Assembly: GCA_963754215.1 (NCBI GenBank)
Contig: CAVWER010000003.1
Span: 285,566 to 349,565 of the forward strand
Origin: an uncultured Alphaproteobacteria bacterium
Lineage (GTDB): Bacteria; Pseudomonadota; Alphaproteobacteria; Sphingomonadales; Sphingomonadaceae
Direction of reading: 5' to 3'
DNA length: 64,000 nt
Of this stretch, positions 10,872-21,299 are shown piece by piece (positions within the stretch are counted from its first letter, which is position 1; every line of letters begins with the position of its first letter). The notes beneath the pieces were generated by a model that was not told the DNA's origin, did no database searches, and worked only from the letters and a program-made list of their open reading frames with translations. A program made the translations under genes and the position numbers.

Positions 10872-13571
10872 ATGGCCGGCGGCCGCAAATGGCTGCGCAA
10901 GGCGGCGATGCTGCTGGCGCTGTGCGCCGGCGGCGTTGCCGCATCCACGCCGCCCGCCGGCAAGCGCCCGCTGGACCGCGGATCCGGACGAGCAGTTCCT
11001 TCTTGACGTCAACATCCGCCAGCTGAAGCTCGGCGACGGCGTTCGCGCCTACAACACGCCCGAAGGCACATGTGTCGTCTTAGGCGACTTTCTGACCGCG
11101 CTCGATGTGCCCGTGAAAGTCGATCTCGCGGCCAGGAAAGCGAGCGGCTGGGCATTCAAGGAATCGAACCGCATCGCGATCGATTATGGCGGGGGAACCG
11201 CGAGCTATGGCGGCAAGAGCGAGCCGCTCGCTTCGGGAACGGTCCGCGAAACGCCCGACGGCTGGTGCGTCCAGACCTCGGCGCTGACCCGCTGGTTCGG
11301 GATCGGGGTCAAGCCGGTCACGTCGGGCGCGGTGCTGGTGCTGGAATCCGAGGCCAAGCTTCCGGTCGAACTCGCGATGGAGCGCCAGGAGCGGGCCAAG
11401 CACCTCCACCCGGCCAGCTTCGACCTCAAGAGCCTGCCCCAGGTGCGCCTGCCCTACCGCATGTGGCGGGCGCCGGCGCTCGACTTCGTCGTCAGCGCCG
11501 GGGTGACCTACCGCGCCAGGGACGGAATGCGGGTCGATCGCCAGAGCTCGGTCTATGCCGCGGGCGAGATCGCCGCTCTGTCCTACGACGCGCAGCTGAC
11601 CACGACCCAGAAGGGCATTCCGAGCAACTTGCGGCTGCGCGCTTACCGTTCGGATCCCGACGGCGGGCTGCTCGGTCCGCTCAAGGCGACCCATTTCGGC
11701 TTCGGCGACGTCGAAGGTTTCGACAGCAAGCTCACCGGCTCGGCCGCGAGCGGCCGCGGCGCGGTCATCACCAACCGCCCGCTGACCACCCAGGCGGCGT
11801 TCGACCGCACCCGCTTCGAAGGCGATCTGCCGAGCGGCTGGGAAGCCGAAATCTACCGCAACGGCGAGCTTCTCGGCTTTGCCAAGTCGGATTCCAGCTC
11901 AACGCTATGTGTTTGACGACGTTCAGCTTTTGTACGGCGAGAACGAGATCGCAATCGTCGCTTACGGCCCCCAGGGGCAGATCAAGACCCGCCAGGAGAC
12001 GATCGACGTCGGCAAGGACAACGTCCCCGCCGGCAGGACCTGGTACTGGGCCGGGTTCAATCAGCCCGGCAAGGACATCTTCACCCTCGACAAGCCTCCG
12101 GACGGCTCGCAATCTGCCCAAGGCGCAGGCGACAGCCTCGCTCGAGCACGGGATCGACGAGCGAACGTCGGTCGGCGTGCTCGCGCGCATGATGCTGATC
12201 GACGACCAGAGGCTGACCTTCGTCGAAGGATCGGTCCGGCGGTCGGTCGGCTCGGCGATGGTCGAGGTGTCGGCGGCGCGCGATTCGAGCGGCGGGCTGG
12301 CCGCCCGCGCCCAGATCCTGGGCAAATTCGGCCCCGTGAACGTCAACGCCGAGGCGCTTCTTGCGAACGATTTTCATTTGCAGGACTCGGGCAAGCAGAG
12401 CATGCGCGAGGTGCGCGCTGCGCTCGACGCGCCGCTCCGGCTCGGCCGATCGGTCTTTCCCGCCCATGCCGAGGTCCATCTCACCGATCGCAGGGACGGC
12501 ATCGAAGCAGCTCGACGCCGCGGCGCGGCTGTCGGCCAATTTCGACCGCTTCAATCTCGGCGCCGAAGCGCGCTACCAACGGCAATATCTCAAGTCGGCG
12601 AGGGCGCCGCCGGGCGAATTCACTCTCGACATGATCGGAAGCGGCCATATCGGCGCCGTGCGGCTGCGCGGCTCGACCACGTTCGACGTTTCGCCCAAGG
12701 CGCGATTCCGCCAGGCCGAATTGTCGGCTTACTGGTCGTCGTCCGAAAATGCCGACTGGGAGGGCGCGCATCGCCTACGACGGCCAGGACCATCGCGGGC
12801 GGCATGCGGATCACGCACATCCGGCGGTTCAATACCATGGGCGTCGCGCTGACCGGCGAGGCGGCGACCGACGGCTCGGTCGCGGTCGGGCTCAACCTCA
12901 ATTTCTCGCTCGACGCGCGGCACGGGATCACCATGTCGCGCAGGCCGCTGGCCGGCGCCGGGGTGGTCCACGGCCTGGTTTATCGCGATCTCAACGACAA
13001 TGGCGTTCACGATCCCGACGAACCGCTCGAAAAGGGCGTGCTGATCACGACCGGGACCAAGCTCGCCGAGCGGCCCGACCGACGCCAAGGGCTCGGTCAC
13101 GATCGGCGGTCTCAGCGCATTCACCCCGGTCGCGGTCGGGATCGATGCGACCAGCCTCGAGGATCCCATGCTGGTCCCCAAGAAGGCGCTCCAGGTCGTC
13201 GTTCCCCGGCCCGGCGTTCCGGCCGAAGTGCAGATCGGGCTCGTCGGCGGCGGCGACATCGAAGGCGCGATCGTCAAGAACGGCGGGCTCGGCTTCGAAG
13301 GCCTCGATCTCGAGCTGGTCGACGGAACGGGCAAGGTCGTCGCCACCGCGCGCACCGATTTCGACGGCTTCTTCCTGTTCGAACGCGTGCCCTACGGCAA
13401 TTATCAGGTTCGGGTGGCGCAGACCTCGGCCAGTGGCGGCGAGGATCGCGGCCGATTTGGGCACCAGCGCCACTGTCACGGCGGACAAATCGGTCGCTGC
13501 GGCTGGGCGCGATCCACGTCGTGTCGGCGCCGAATATCGCATCGGCGGAAGCCCCGGCTGCCGGGCACTGA
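10872..13571 (+). CDS. Large outer-membrane usher-like protein (multiple frameshifts)
   Basis: Signal peptide; GWEAEIYRNGELL, YGENEI..YGPQGQ, many alternating beta-strands, VYRDLNDNG and RTDFDGFFLFERVPYGNY; follows the chaperone gene. Confidence 0.7.
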
Positions 13572-13617
13572 CCCGAGCACAATGTCCAACATGCCCCGGT
13601 CCGAGCATGTCGGTTGA

Positions 13618-13705
13618 TGGTGCGGTCGAGAAGAACTCGAACTTCCACGGCCTTGCGGCCACAGCGACCTCAACGCTGCGCGTCTACCAGTTCCGCCACG
13701 ACCGC
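13618..13705 (-). tRNA. tRNA-Leu(GAG)
   Basis: GCGGTCG acceptor stem, D-loop TGGTAGAC, anticodon arm CAGCG-TTGAGGT-CGCTG, long variable arm, GTTCGAG T-loop, encoded CCA; one extra base in T arm probably an indel error. Confidence 0.95.
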
Positions 13706-13807
13706 ACGTCATGAGATGAGCCGGCGGATGGGCCGCCGTCACTGGCACGGCGGCGCGTCTAGCAAAGCCCCCAAAAGCGCGCAATGCGTGCCATCGGGGG
13801 ACAAAGG

Positions 13808-13823
13808 TTAAGACACTGTTTAC
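13808..13823. promoter_or_regulatory. CtrA-like box
   Basis: TTAA-N7-TTTAC about 30 bp upstream of ATG 13855. Confidence 0.5.
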
Positions 13824-13854
13824 CATTTGGCGGGGCAGGCGTTACGCCTGTGCC

Positions 13855-14073
13855 ATGCTTCTTCTCGCTGCAGCCGCCGCCATCGCCGCGTCCGCCCAGC
13901 CGCCCGCAGCGGCCCGGTCGCGCCAGGGTGCAGGCCCGCGCGACGATCCGCATCCTGTCCGGCGCGACGTCAGTTTCGGTGAGGCCCGGGAAGGTGCGAA
14001 GGCGCCGAGCGCACCGTGATCGATCCGCGCCGAAGGCTCGGCACAACCTGCTAAGCTAATAGAATTCCAGTAG
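13855..14073 (+). CDS. Small secreted hypothetical protein (frameshifted, not intact in ORF track)
   Basis: MLLLAAAAAIAASAQ signal peptide, then RVQARATIRILSG and terminal LIEFQ-stop in other frames. Confidence 0.5.
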
Positions 14074-14077
14074 AAAT

Positions 14078-14923
14078 TCAGGCGCGTGGGTCGCCCAGGC
14101 TGATGGTCAGCTCGTCCCCGCCCGAGGGAACGTTGACCTCGGCGCTGTTGAACGATGCGCTCGCGCCGGGAGCGAGGGTCGGCGCCGGCGGCGCGATCGT
14201 CCACGAATAGATCACCTGCCCGCTCTTGGTCTTGAGCCGCGCATAGATCGGCGGCACCGAATGGCTCGCCGCGGTCGGATTGACGACGCGCCCGGCTACG
14301 GTCAGCAACTCGTTGCCGCTGGCGAGCTTCTGCCGATCCATATGGGTGGTGACCAGGGTCAGCGGCGTGGTGCCGGCGTCGGCCAGGCCCAGCCGGTGCT
14401 TCCATTCCACCGGGGCGAAGAACCAGAAGGCTGCGGCCGCGGCGGCGATCAGGATCAGCACGATCAGGATCGCCAGGACCGGGCTGCGGCGCCGCGGCTC
14501 GCCGTAATCGCGGTCCGCGAACGGGCTGAAATCGTCGTCCGGCTGTGCCTCGGGCGCCGGCGGAGCATCATAATCCGCAGAAAAGCCCGCCATCACATCG
14601 ACCGGCGGATAGGCTTCCTGGGCTATCGCCTGGGCGCCGGGATCTTCGGCCACCGCCCCTTCGACCACCGATTCCTCATACGCGCGCTCCTCGGCCTCGG
14701 GGCCGGTGCTCGGGTCGATCATCGCTGCTTCGGCGATGCTCTCATTCTCTTCCGCCGGCTCGGCCGCTTCGGCTTCCGGGCCAAGAGTGAGCTCGCCCGC
14801 AGCTTCAGGATCCTGGTGCCAGCTGTGCTTGCACGAAGCGCAACGCACCTGCCGCCCCTGGGGCGGGATCGCGCCGTCCTTCACCACATATTGCGTGCTG
14901 CAATTGGGGCAGGTGAGGATCAT
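14078..14923 (-). CDS. zitP: ZitP-like zinc-ribbon (MJ0042) / TM / DUF3426 polarity protein
   Basis: MILTCPNC...[10 protein letters not shown] zinc finger, acidic linker, single TM, periplasmic domain; divergent from ftsE. Confidence 0.75.
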   Translation of the reverse strand: MILTCPNCSTQYVVKDGAIPPQGRQVRCASCKHSWHQDPEAAGELTLGPEAEAAEPAEENESIAEAAMIDPSTGPEAEERAYEESVVEGAVAEDPGAQAIAQEAYPPVDVMAGFSADYDAPPAPEAQPDDDFSPFADRDYGEPRRRSPVLAILIVLILIAAAAAAFWFFAPVEWKHRLGLADAGTTPLTLVTTHMDRQKLASGNELLTVAGRVVNPTAASHSVPPIYARLKTKSGQVIYSWTIAPPAPTLAPGASASFNSAEVNVPSGGDELTISLGDPRA

Positions 14924-15035
14924 TACAGCAAAAGCCCACTTCCGTGACGGTCAACGCAGGGTAAACAGGAATGCGCCGCATATGGCAAGGAGTTGACCTT
15001 GCCCGGTTGGTGGCGCGGAGCGGGAGGAAATTCAA

Positions 15036-15747
15036 CTGTCGGCAATCGTCGAATTCGACAGCGTCGGCCTGCGCTACGGCACGGGCGCCGAAGTGCTGCG
15101 CGACCTCGACTTCCGCCTCGCCAAGGGTGGCTTCTATTTCCTCACCGGGCCCTCGGGGGCGGGCAAGACCTCGCTGCTCAAATTGCTTTATCTCGCGCAG
15201 CGGCCGACGCGCGGGCGAATCCGGCTGTTCGATGAGGAACTGACCGATGCCGAGCGCGAGCTCCTGCCACCGTTCCGCCGGCGCATCGGGGTCGTGTTCC
15301 AGGACTTCCGACTGATTCGGCACCTCTCCGCATTCGACAACGTCGCTCTTCCGCTGCGGGTCGGCGGGCACGCGCGAGGAAGAAGTCGAAGGCCCGGTGC
15401 GCGAGATGCTCGCCTGGGTCGGCCTTGCCGACCGCGCCAGCGCCCGTCCTCCGACGCTGTCGGGCGGTGAGCAGCAGCGCGTCGCCATCGCCCGGGCGGT
15501 GATCAGCCGGCCCGAGCTGCTGGTCGCCGACGAACCGACCGGCAACGTCGATGCCGAAATGGCAAGGCGCCTTATCCATCTGTTCACCGCGCTCAATCAG
15601 CTCGGGACCACGGTGGTCGTTGCGACCCACGATGTCGGCCTGATCAGCGCCACTCCGGGCGCGCAGATGATCCGCCTCGAGAGCGGCTCGATCGTCGATC
15701 GCACCGGCGCCCTTCGCAACCCGCCAGCCGCGCCGGGCGCGACATGA
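15036..15747 (+). CDS. ftsE: Cell division ATP-binding protein FtsE (frameshift near 15370)
   Basis: [42 protein letters not shown]; followed by ftsX. Confidence 0.92.
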
Positions 15748-16616
15748 TTTTCGATTGGATGCTCGCCTCGCCGTCCGAACGCCGGGTGCTCGGAGCCCGC
15801 CCGCTGCGTGGCCCGACGCCGTGGGTGATTGCGATCATGACCTTCTCGATGATGCTGGTCGCCGCGGCCGGGCTTGCCCTGTCGAACACCGCTTCGACCG
15901 TCGCGAAGGGGGTCGAGGCGCGCTATTCGGTTCAGATCCCCGACGGACGCCGCGGCTTCGAGCCGGTGCTTCAGGCAATCCGGACGAGCCCCGGCGTGAC
16001 TTCGGCGGAGGGTGTCCCGGAAGCGGAGATGCGGCGCCTCCTCGGACGCTGGCTCGGGCCAGCCGGAGCAAGCGCCGACCTGCCGGTACCGGCGCTGGTG
16101 ACCTTCGACGTCCGCCCCGGCGCCGACCTCGGCGCGATCGAACGGCGAGTCCAGGCGTCCTCGCCCGGGGCGCGGCTGATCGCGCACCGCGAGAGCCTCG
16201 GTCCGCTGGTCAGGTCATTGAGGGCGTTGCAATGGCTGGCGTTGACGCTGGTGCTGCTGCTCGCAGGAGCGGCTGCAGCAGCGGTCGTCCTCGCCGCTCG
16301 GGGAGCGCTCGATACCCACCGCTTCACCATCGAGGTGATGCACGGCATCGGCGCGACCGACCATCAGATCACCCGCCTGTTCCAGCGCAAGATCGCGGTC
16401 GATGCGCTCACCGGAAGCCTGATCGGAGGAGCCGTTGCCGCATTCGTCCTGGCGCTGCTCGCGGCAAGCGCATCGTTTGCCGGAGAGCTGACGGGCGGGG
16501 CCTCGCTGGCGCCGGGCGATCTGGTCCTGCTTGCTCTGGTGCCGATCGCGCTGACTGCGCTTTCGACCTGGGTTGCCCGCACAGCTGTTCTCGCAGCATT
16601 GCGCCAGACCCTATGA
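15744..16616 (+). CDS. ftsX: Cell division permease FtsX
   Basis: 4-TM topology, IEVMHGIGATD motif, overlaps ftsE stop. Confidence 0.85.
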   Translation: MIFDWMLASPSERRVLGARPLRGPTPWVIAIMTFSMMLVAAAGLALSNTASTVAKGVEARYSVQIPDGRRGFEPVLQAIRTSPGVTSAEGVPEAEMRRLLGRWLGPAGASADLPVPALVTFDVRPGADLGAIERRVQASSPGARLIAHRESLGPLVRSLRALQWLALTLVLLLAGAAAAAVVLAARGALDTHRFTIEVMHGIGATDHQITRLFQRKIAVDALTGSLIGGAVAAFVLALLAASASFAGELTGGASLAPGDLVLLALVPIALTALSTWVARTAVLAALRQTL

Positions 16617-17152
16617 TCGCCCGCGCCGCCTCGCTTCTCGCCATTTTTTATGCGCTTGGGTTCGTCCTGTTCGCCTTCACTTTGGGCAAGCCTGCAAACT
16701 CGAACGTGCCGGCGACCGACGCGGTGGTTGTTCTGACCGGTGGCAGCGGCAGGATCGAACACGGCATCGGGGTGCTTCGCGAACATAAGGCCAAGCGCAT
16801 GCTGGTCGCGGGGGCCGACCCTTCCGTGACCAAGGCGGACATGGCCCGGCGCCTGGGCGATGGGAGCCAGGCGCTGCTCAAATGCTGCGTCGATCTTGGC
16901 ACCGAATCCGTCGACACCCGCTCCAATGCCGAGGAAGCGTTGCGCTGGCTCGCCAGGCACCATTTCACTTCGGTGCGGCTGATCACCAGCGACTGGCACA
17001 TGCGCCGCGCGCGCTACGAGTTCGGCAAGGTGCTCGGCGATAAATATCAGCTGGTGACCGACGCGGTCCGCACCGAGCCGAGCTTCATCACCTTGTTCGG
17101 CGAGTATAACAAATATCTCCTCCGCCGGCTGGCCGTGTGGGCCGACATTTGA
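16613..17152 (+). CDS. YdcF/DUF218 family protein
   Basis: DAVVVLTGGSGRI, DTRSNA, LITSDWHMRRA, EYNKY. Confidence 0.88.
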   Translation: MIARAASLLAIFYALGFVLFAFTLGKPANSNVPATDAVVVLTGGSGRIEHGIGVLREHKAKRMLVAGADPSVTKADMARRLGDGSQALLKCCVDLGTESVDTRSNAEEALRWLARHHFTSVRLITSDWHMRRARYEFGKVLGDKYQLVTDAVRTEPSFITLFGEYNKYLLRRLAVWADI

Positions 17153-17853
17153 TCGCGCTCCTGCGGTCGTTGCTGTTCGCTGCGATCTTCTATCCGGCGA
17201 CGGTCCTGTGGGTGCTCGCCGGAACGGCGGCGAGCCTGTTTGGGCGTCGCCCGACGCTCAAGGTAGTACTCAGCTGGGTCGATATGCATCACTGGCTTAC
17301 GGGGAAGGTGCTTGGCATCCGCTCGCGGGTCGAAGGCGTGCTCCCGAAGGGCGCCTATCTGTTCGCCGTCAAGCACCAGTCGATGTACGAGACGCTGGAG
17401 ATGGTGCGGCTGACCCATCTTCCGGTCATGGTGATGAAAAAGGAACTGGCCGACATCCCGCTGTTCGGGTTCCTCACCCGCCAATACGGCGTGATCCCTG
17501 TCGAGCGAACCGCGGGCGCCAAAGCGCTGCGTGCAATGGTTGCGGCGGGCAAGGAGGCGATCGCGTCGGCGCGGCCGGTGATCATTTTCCCGGAAGGGAC
17601 GCGCGTTAGGCCGGGCGAAGCTCCGCCTTTGAGATCGGGCTTCGCCGGCCTCTACCGCGCACTCGGATTGCCGGTCGTGCCGGTCGCGGTCGACAGCGGG
17701 CGGCTGTGGGGCAGGGGCCTGGTCCACCGCAGCGGCATCGTGACCTTCAAGGTCGGCGACACGATCCCGCCCGGCCTCAAGCGCGAGGATGCCGAGGCGC
17801 GGGTCCATGCCGCGATGAACGCGCTGGAACTAGCTCCTGAGGCGAGCGCCTAA
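17149..17853 (+). CDS. plsC: 1-acyl-sn-glycerol-3-phosphate acyltransferase
   Basis: KHQS, KKEL, IFPEGTR motifs. Confidence 0.85.
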   Translation: MIALLRSLLFAAIFYPATVLWVLAGTAASLFGRRPTLKVVLSWVDMHHWLTGKVLGIRSRVEGVLPKGAYLFAVKHQSMYETLEMVRLTHLPVMVMKKELADIPLFGFLTRQYGVIPVERTAGAKALRAMVAAGKEAIASARPVIIFPEGTRVRPGEAPPLRSGFAGLYRALGLPVVPVAVDSGRLWGRGLVHRSGIVTFKVGDTIPPGLKREDAEARVHAAMNALELAPEASA

Positions 17854-20181
17854 TTTCCCGGCGGCGTCGACGATGCGCCTCGAGATCGCACCGATCTCCT
17901 CGTCGGTGAAGCTTTTGTCGAGCGGCTGGAGCGTCACTTCGACCGCGAGCGACAGGCCCTCGGGCGCCTCGAACCGGTCGAACAGCCGGGCGCCGGTAAT
18001 CGCCGCCTTGTCGCTCCCCCGGATCGCTTTCACCAGGGCCTCGCCCGCAAGATCGGCGGGAACCACGAACGCGAAATCGCGCGTGATCGACTGAAGAGCA
18101 AGCGGGGCGAAGGCCGGGCGCGCTCGCTCGATCGAGCGCAATTCCGGGATGGCGTCGAGATAGATTTCCGCCGCGACTGCGCCGGCTGGAGCTTCGACCA
18201 GCTTGCCAAGCCCCGGATGGAGCTCGCCGAAGCGCGCGACGATCGTCTTTGGCCCGAGCCCGAGCTTGGCCGATCGCCCGGGATGCCAGTTTGGGCCTGC
18301 GTCCTGGATCACCTGGAGGCTGGCGACCGGCGCCCCCGCCGCGTCGAGGAGCGCCAGCACTTCCGCCTTTGGATCGAACGCGTCGAAGGTTTGCGCCTTG
18401 CCGGTCTGCCAGCTGCGAGGCCGCTTCTCGCCGGCCAGCAGGAGCGAGAGCGTCGGGTGCTCGGCGTCACCCAGATAACGGCGGCCGATCTCGAACAGCC
18501 GCACCGATGCGGCGCCGCGGTCGAGATTGCGGCGCGCGGCGGCGATCAACCCGGGCAGGAGCGACGGCCGCATGACCTTCATCTCTTCGCTGATCGGATT
18601 GGCCAGCCGCCATTCGCTGCCGCCGAACGCATCGGCTTCGGCCTCCGAGATGAAACTCCAGGTCACTGCTTCGTCCAGGCCGCGCGCGGCCGCCGTCCGG
18701 CGAATTCTCCGCTCGATCAGCTGCGCTCGTGTCGCCGTCGGGTGAGCGACCCCCGGCTCGCGCTCGAGCGCGGTCGAGGGCACTTTGTTGTAGCCGTGGA
18801 TTCGCGCGACCTCCTCGACCAGGTCGGCTGGGCCTTCGACGTCACGCCGCCATGTCGGGATGGTGACGTCCGCGCCGTTCACCTCGAAGCCGAGGCTTTC
18901 GAGGATCTCGCTTTGGCGGGTTTCGGGGACATCGATCCCGCCGAGCTTCTTCGTTCGGTCATAATCGAAGCGGATCATGCGGCGTTCGATCGGCGGATGG
19001 CCGGCGCGGACCTCGGCCGACGGCTCGCCGCCGCAGATGTCGAGGATCAACCCGGTGAGGATGGCAAGCCCATCGTCGAGGAATGCAGGATCAACTCCGC
19101 GCTCGAACCGGCTGCGGGCGTCGCTGGTGAGCCCAAGCGCCTGGCCGGTTCGCGCGATCCGCTCGGGCGTGAAATAGGCGATCTCGAGCATCACGTCGGT
19201 TGTCGCTTCGCTAACGCCCAAATCCTCGCCGCCCATGATCCCGCCGATGTCGTGAACCTGCTTGTCGTCGGCGATCACCGTCATGAAGGGCTCGAGCGTG
19301 TATTCCTTCTCGTTGAGAGCGAGCACCTTCTCGCCGGCCTTGGCAGCGCGCGCGGTGAGGCCGCCGGCCAGCCTGGCGATATCGTAGGCATGGGCGGGTC
19401 GGCCATGATCGAGCATCACATAATTGGTGATGTCGACCAGCGCCGAGATCGGCCGCTGGCCCGCGGCCTTGAGGCGGCGCTGCATCCAGTCGGGTGAGGC
19501 GCCGTTGGTCAGCCCGCGGATTGCTCGGCCGAAGAAGGCCGGACAGCCCTCGGGATCCTCGATGCTGACCGGAACGGGGCACGGAAGGCTGCCCTCGATC
19601 TGCGGGATTGCCAGCGGCTTCAGCCTGCCCATGCCGGCTGCCGCCAGGTCGCGGGCGATCCCGCGCACGCCCATGCAATCCTGGCGATTTGGGGTGACCG
19701 CGACATCGAACACCGGATCGTCGAGCCCGGCATAGGCCGTGAACGGCGTGCCGACCGGCGCGTCGCCCGGAAGCTCGATGATCCCGGCATGATCCTCGCC
19801 AAGCTCGAGCTCGCGTGCCGAGCACATCATCCCGCGGCTCTCGACCCCGCGGATCGCCGCGACTTTCAAGGTCATGTCGCTGCCGGGGATATAGGCGCCG
19901 GGCGGTCCGAACACGCCGAGCATTCCGGCGCGCGCGTTGGGCGCTCCGCACACGACCTGAACCGCCCCCTCGCCCGCGTCGATGGTCAGCACCTGCAACT
20001 TGTCGGCCTGCGGATGCTTGTCCGCGGTGAGCACGCGCGCGACCTTGAACGGTGCCAGCGCCTCCGCCGGGTTCGACAGCTCCTCGACCTCGAGCCCGAT
20101 ATTGGTCAGCTTCTCGGCGAGGTCCTCCGCCGAAGCATCGGTCTCCAGATGCTCCTTGAGCCACGACAGCGAGAATTTCAT
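17830..20181 (-). CDS. pheT: Phenylalanine-tRNA ligase beta subunit
   Basis: MKFSLSWL, HPQADKL, VCGAPN, TPNRQDC, RFERGVDP, anticodon-binding RDFAF. Confidence 0.97.
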   Translation of the reverse strand: MKFSLSWLKEHLETDASAEDLAEKLTNIGLEVEELSNPAEALAPFKVARVLTADKHPQADKLQVLTIDAGEGAVQVVCGAPNARAGMLGVFGPPGAYIPGSDMTLKVAAIRGVESRGMMCSARELELGEDHAGIIELPGDAPVGTPFTAYAGLDDPVFDVAVTPNRQDCMGVRGIARDLAAAGMGRLKPLAIPQIEGSLPCPVPVSIEDPEGCPAFFGRAIRGLTNGASPDWMQRRLKAAGQRPISALVDITNYVMLDHGRPAHAYDIARLAGGLTARAAKAGEKVLALNEKEYTLEPFMTVIADDKQVHDIGGIMGGEDLGVSEATTDVMLEIAYFTPERIARTGQALGLTSDARSRFERGVDPAFLDDGLAILTGLILDICGGEPSAEVRAGHPPIERRMIRFDYDRTKKLGGIDVPETRQSEILESLGFEVNGADVTIPTWRRDVEGPADLVEEVARIHGYNKVPSTALEREPGVAHPTATRAQLIERRIRRTAAARGLDEAVTWSFISEAEADAFGGSEWRLANPISEEMKVMRPSLLPGLIAAARRNLDRGAASVRLFEIGRRYLGDAEHPTLSLLLAGEKRPRSWQTGKAQTFDAFDPKAEVLALLDAAGAPVASLQVIQDAGPNWHPGRSAKLGLGPKTIVARFGELHPGLGKLVEAPAGAVAAEIYLDAIPELRSIERARPAFAPLALQSITRDFAFVVPADLAGEALVKAIRGSDKAAITGARLFDRFEAPEGLSLAVEVTLQPLDKSFTDEEIGAISRRIVDAAGKLGARLRS

Positions 20182-21239
20182 GCGCCAACCCCGCCGGACA
20201 GCGTCGGCACGTCGAGCGCGCGGAATCCATAGTGCTTCAGCCATCGCAGGTCTGCGTCGAAGAAGGCGCGCAGGTCATCCATTCCATATTTGAGCATCGC
20301 CAGCCGATCGATCCCGCAGCCGAAGGCGAAGCCCTGCCATTCGTTCGGGTCGAGGCCGCAATTGGCGATCACTCTGGGGTGGACCATCCCCGACCCAAGG
20401 ACTTCCATCCACCCTTCGCAGCCGCCGACGACCCGCCGGCCCTTCTCCATCGACCAGCCGACGTCGACCTCGGCAGACGGCTCGGTGAATGGGAAATAAG
20501 AGGGGCGCATGCGGATGATGATGTCGTCGCGCTCGAAGAAGGCCTTGAGGAAGGTCTCGAGCGTCCAGCGCAAATGGCCAAGCGTGATGTCGCGGTCGAT
20601 TGCGAGGCCCTCGACCTGATGGAACATCGGCGTGTGCGTCGCGTCGCTGTCCGACCGATAGACCCGTCCGGGCGCGATGATCCTGAGCGGCGGCGGCTGC
20701 ACTTCCATGGCCCGGATCTGCACCGGCGAAGTATGCGTGCGCAGCACGCGCGGCTCTTCGCCCGGACTGCGCGGCTCCAAATAGAAGGTGTCCTGCATCG
20801 CCCGCGCCGGGTGGAATTCGGGCATGTTGAGCGCTGTGAAATTATACCATTGGGTCTCGATCTCCGGCCCCTCGGCGACCGAAAAGCCAAGGTCGGCAAA
20901 GATTTCGGCGAGCTCGTTCATCACCTGGCTGACCGGGTGGACCGTGCCGACGACCGTATCCGGCGCGGGCAGTGACAGATCGATCGTCTCGGTCGCGAGC
21001 CGGCGTTCGAGCTCGGCCGCGTCGAGCGTCGCCTTGCGCTCGGCAATCGCGGCGGTGACGGCCTCGCGCAGCGCGTGGACCTCGGGCGCCTGTGCGGCGC
21101 GGGCCTGCGGGTCCATCGACCCCAGCGACTTGAGCCTGGCGGTGATTTCACCCGATTTTCCGAGCAGTCTAACGCGCAGCGCCTCGACCGCCGCAAGGTC
21201 GCCCGCGTTCCGGATTTCGTCGAGGATGTCGGCGGCCAT
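20178..21239 (-). CDS. pheS: Phenylalanine-tRNA ligase alpha subunit
   Basis: HPARAMQDTFY, LRTHTSPVQ, THTPMFHQVEG, FPFTEPS. Confidence 0.97.
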   Translation of the reverse strand: MAADILDEIRNAGDLAAVEALRVRLLGKSGEITARLKSLGSMDPQARAAQAPEVHALREAVTAAIAERKATLDAAELERRLATETIDLSLPAPDTVVGTVHPVSQVMNELAEIFADLGFSVAEGPEIETQWYNFTALNMPEFHPARAMQDTFYLEPRSPGEEPRVLRTHTSPVQIRAMEVQPPPLRIIAPGRVYRSDSDATHTPMFHQVEGLAIDRDITLGHLRWTLETFLKAFFERDDIIIRMRPSYFPFTEPSAEVDVGWSMEKGRRVVGGCEGWMEVLGSGMVHPRVIANCGLDPNEWQGFAFGCGIDRLAMLKYGMDDLRAFFDADLRWLKHYGFRALDVPTLSGGVGA

Positions 21240-21299
21240 GCCCGGCTCTAGCCGCGCTGCGGCGCAAAATGCAAAGTCCTGTGCTACGGTCGCGCCGCG

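Noticed and set aside
8100-13705. Pilus locus as a tRNA-Leu-integrated genomic island
   Set aside because: It abuts the tRNA 3' end, but I found no integrase, no duplicated tRNA 3' fragment near 8050-8150 and no obvious compositional shift.
15036-15038. Non-canonical CTG start for ftsE
   Set aside because: SD spacing fits, but AACTGTCG is one inserted C away from AATGTCG in an insertion-prone assembly.
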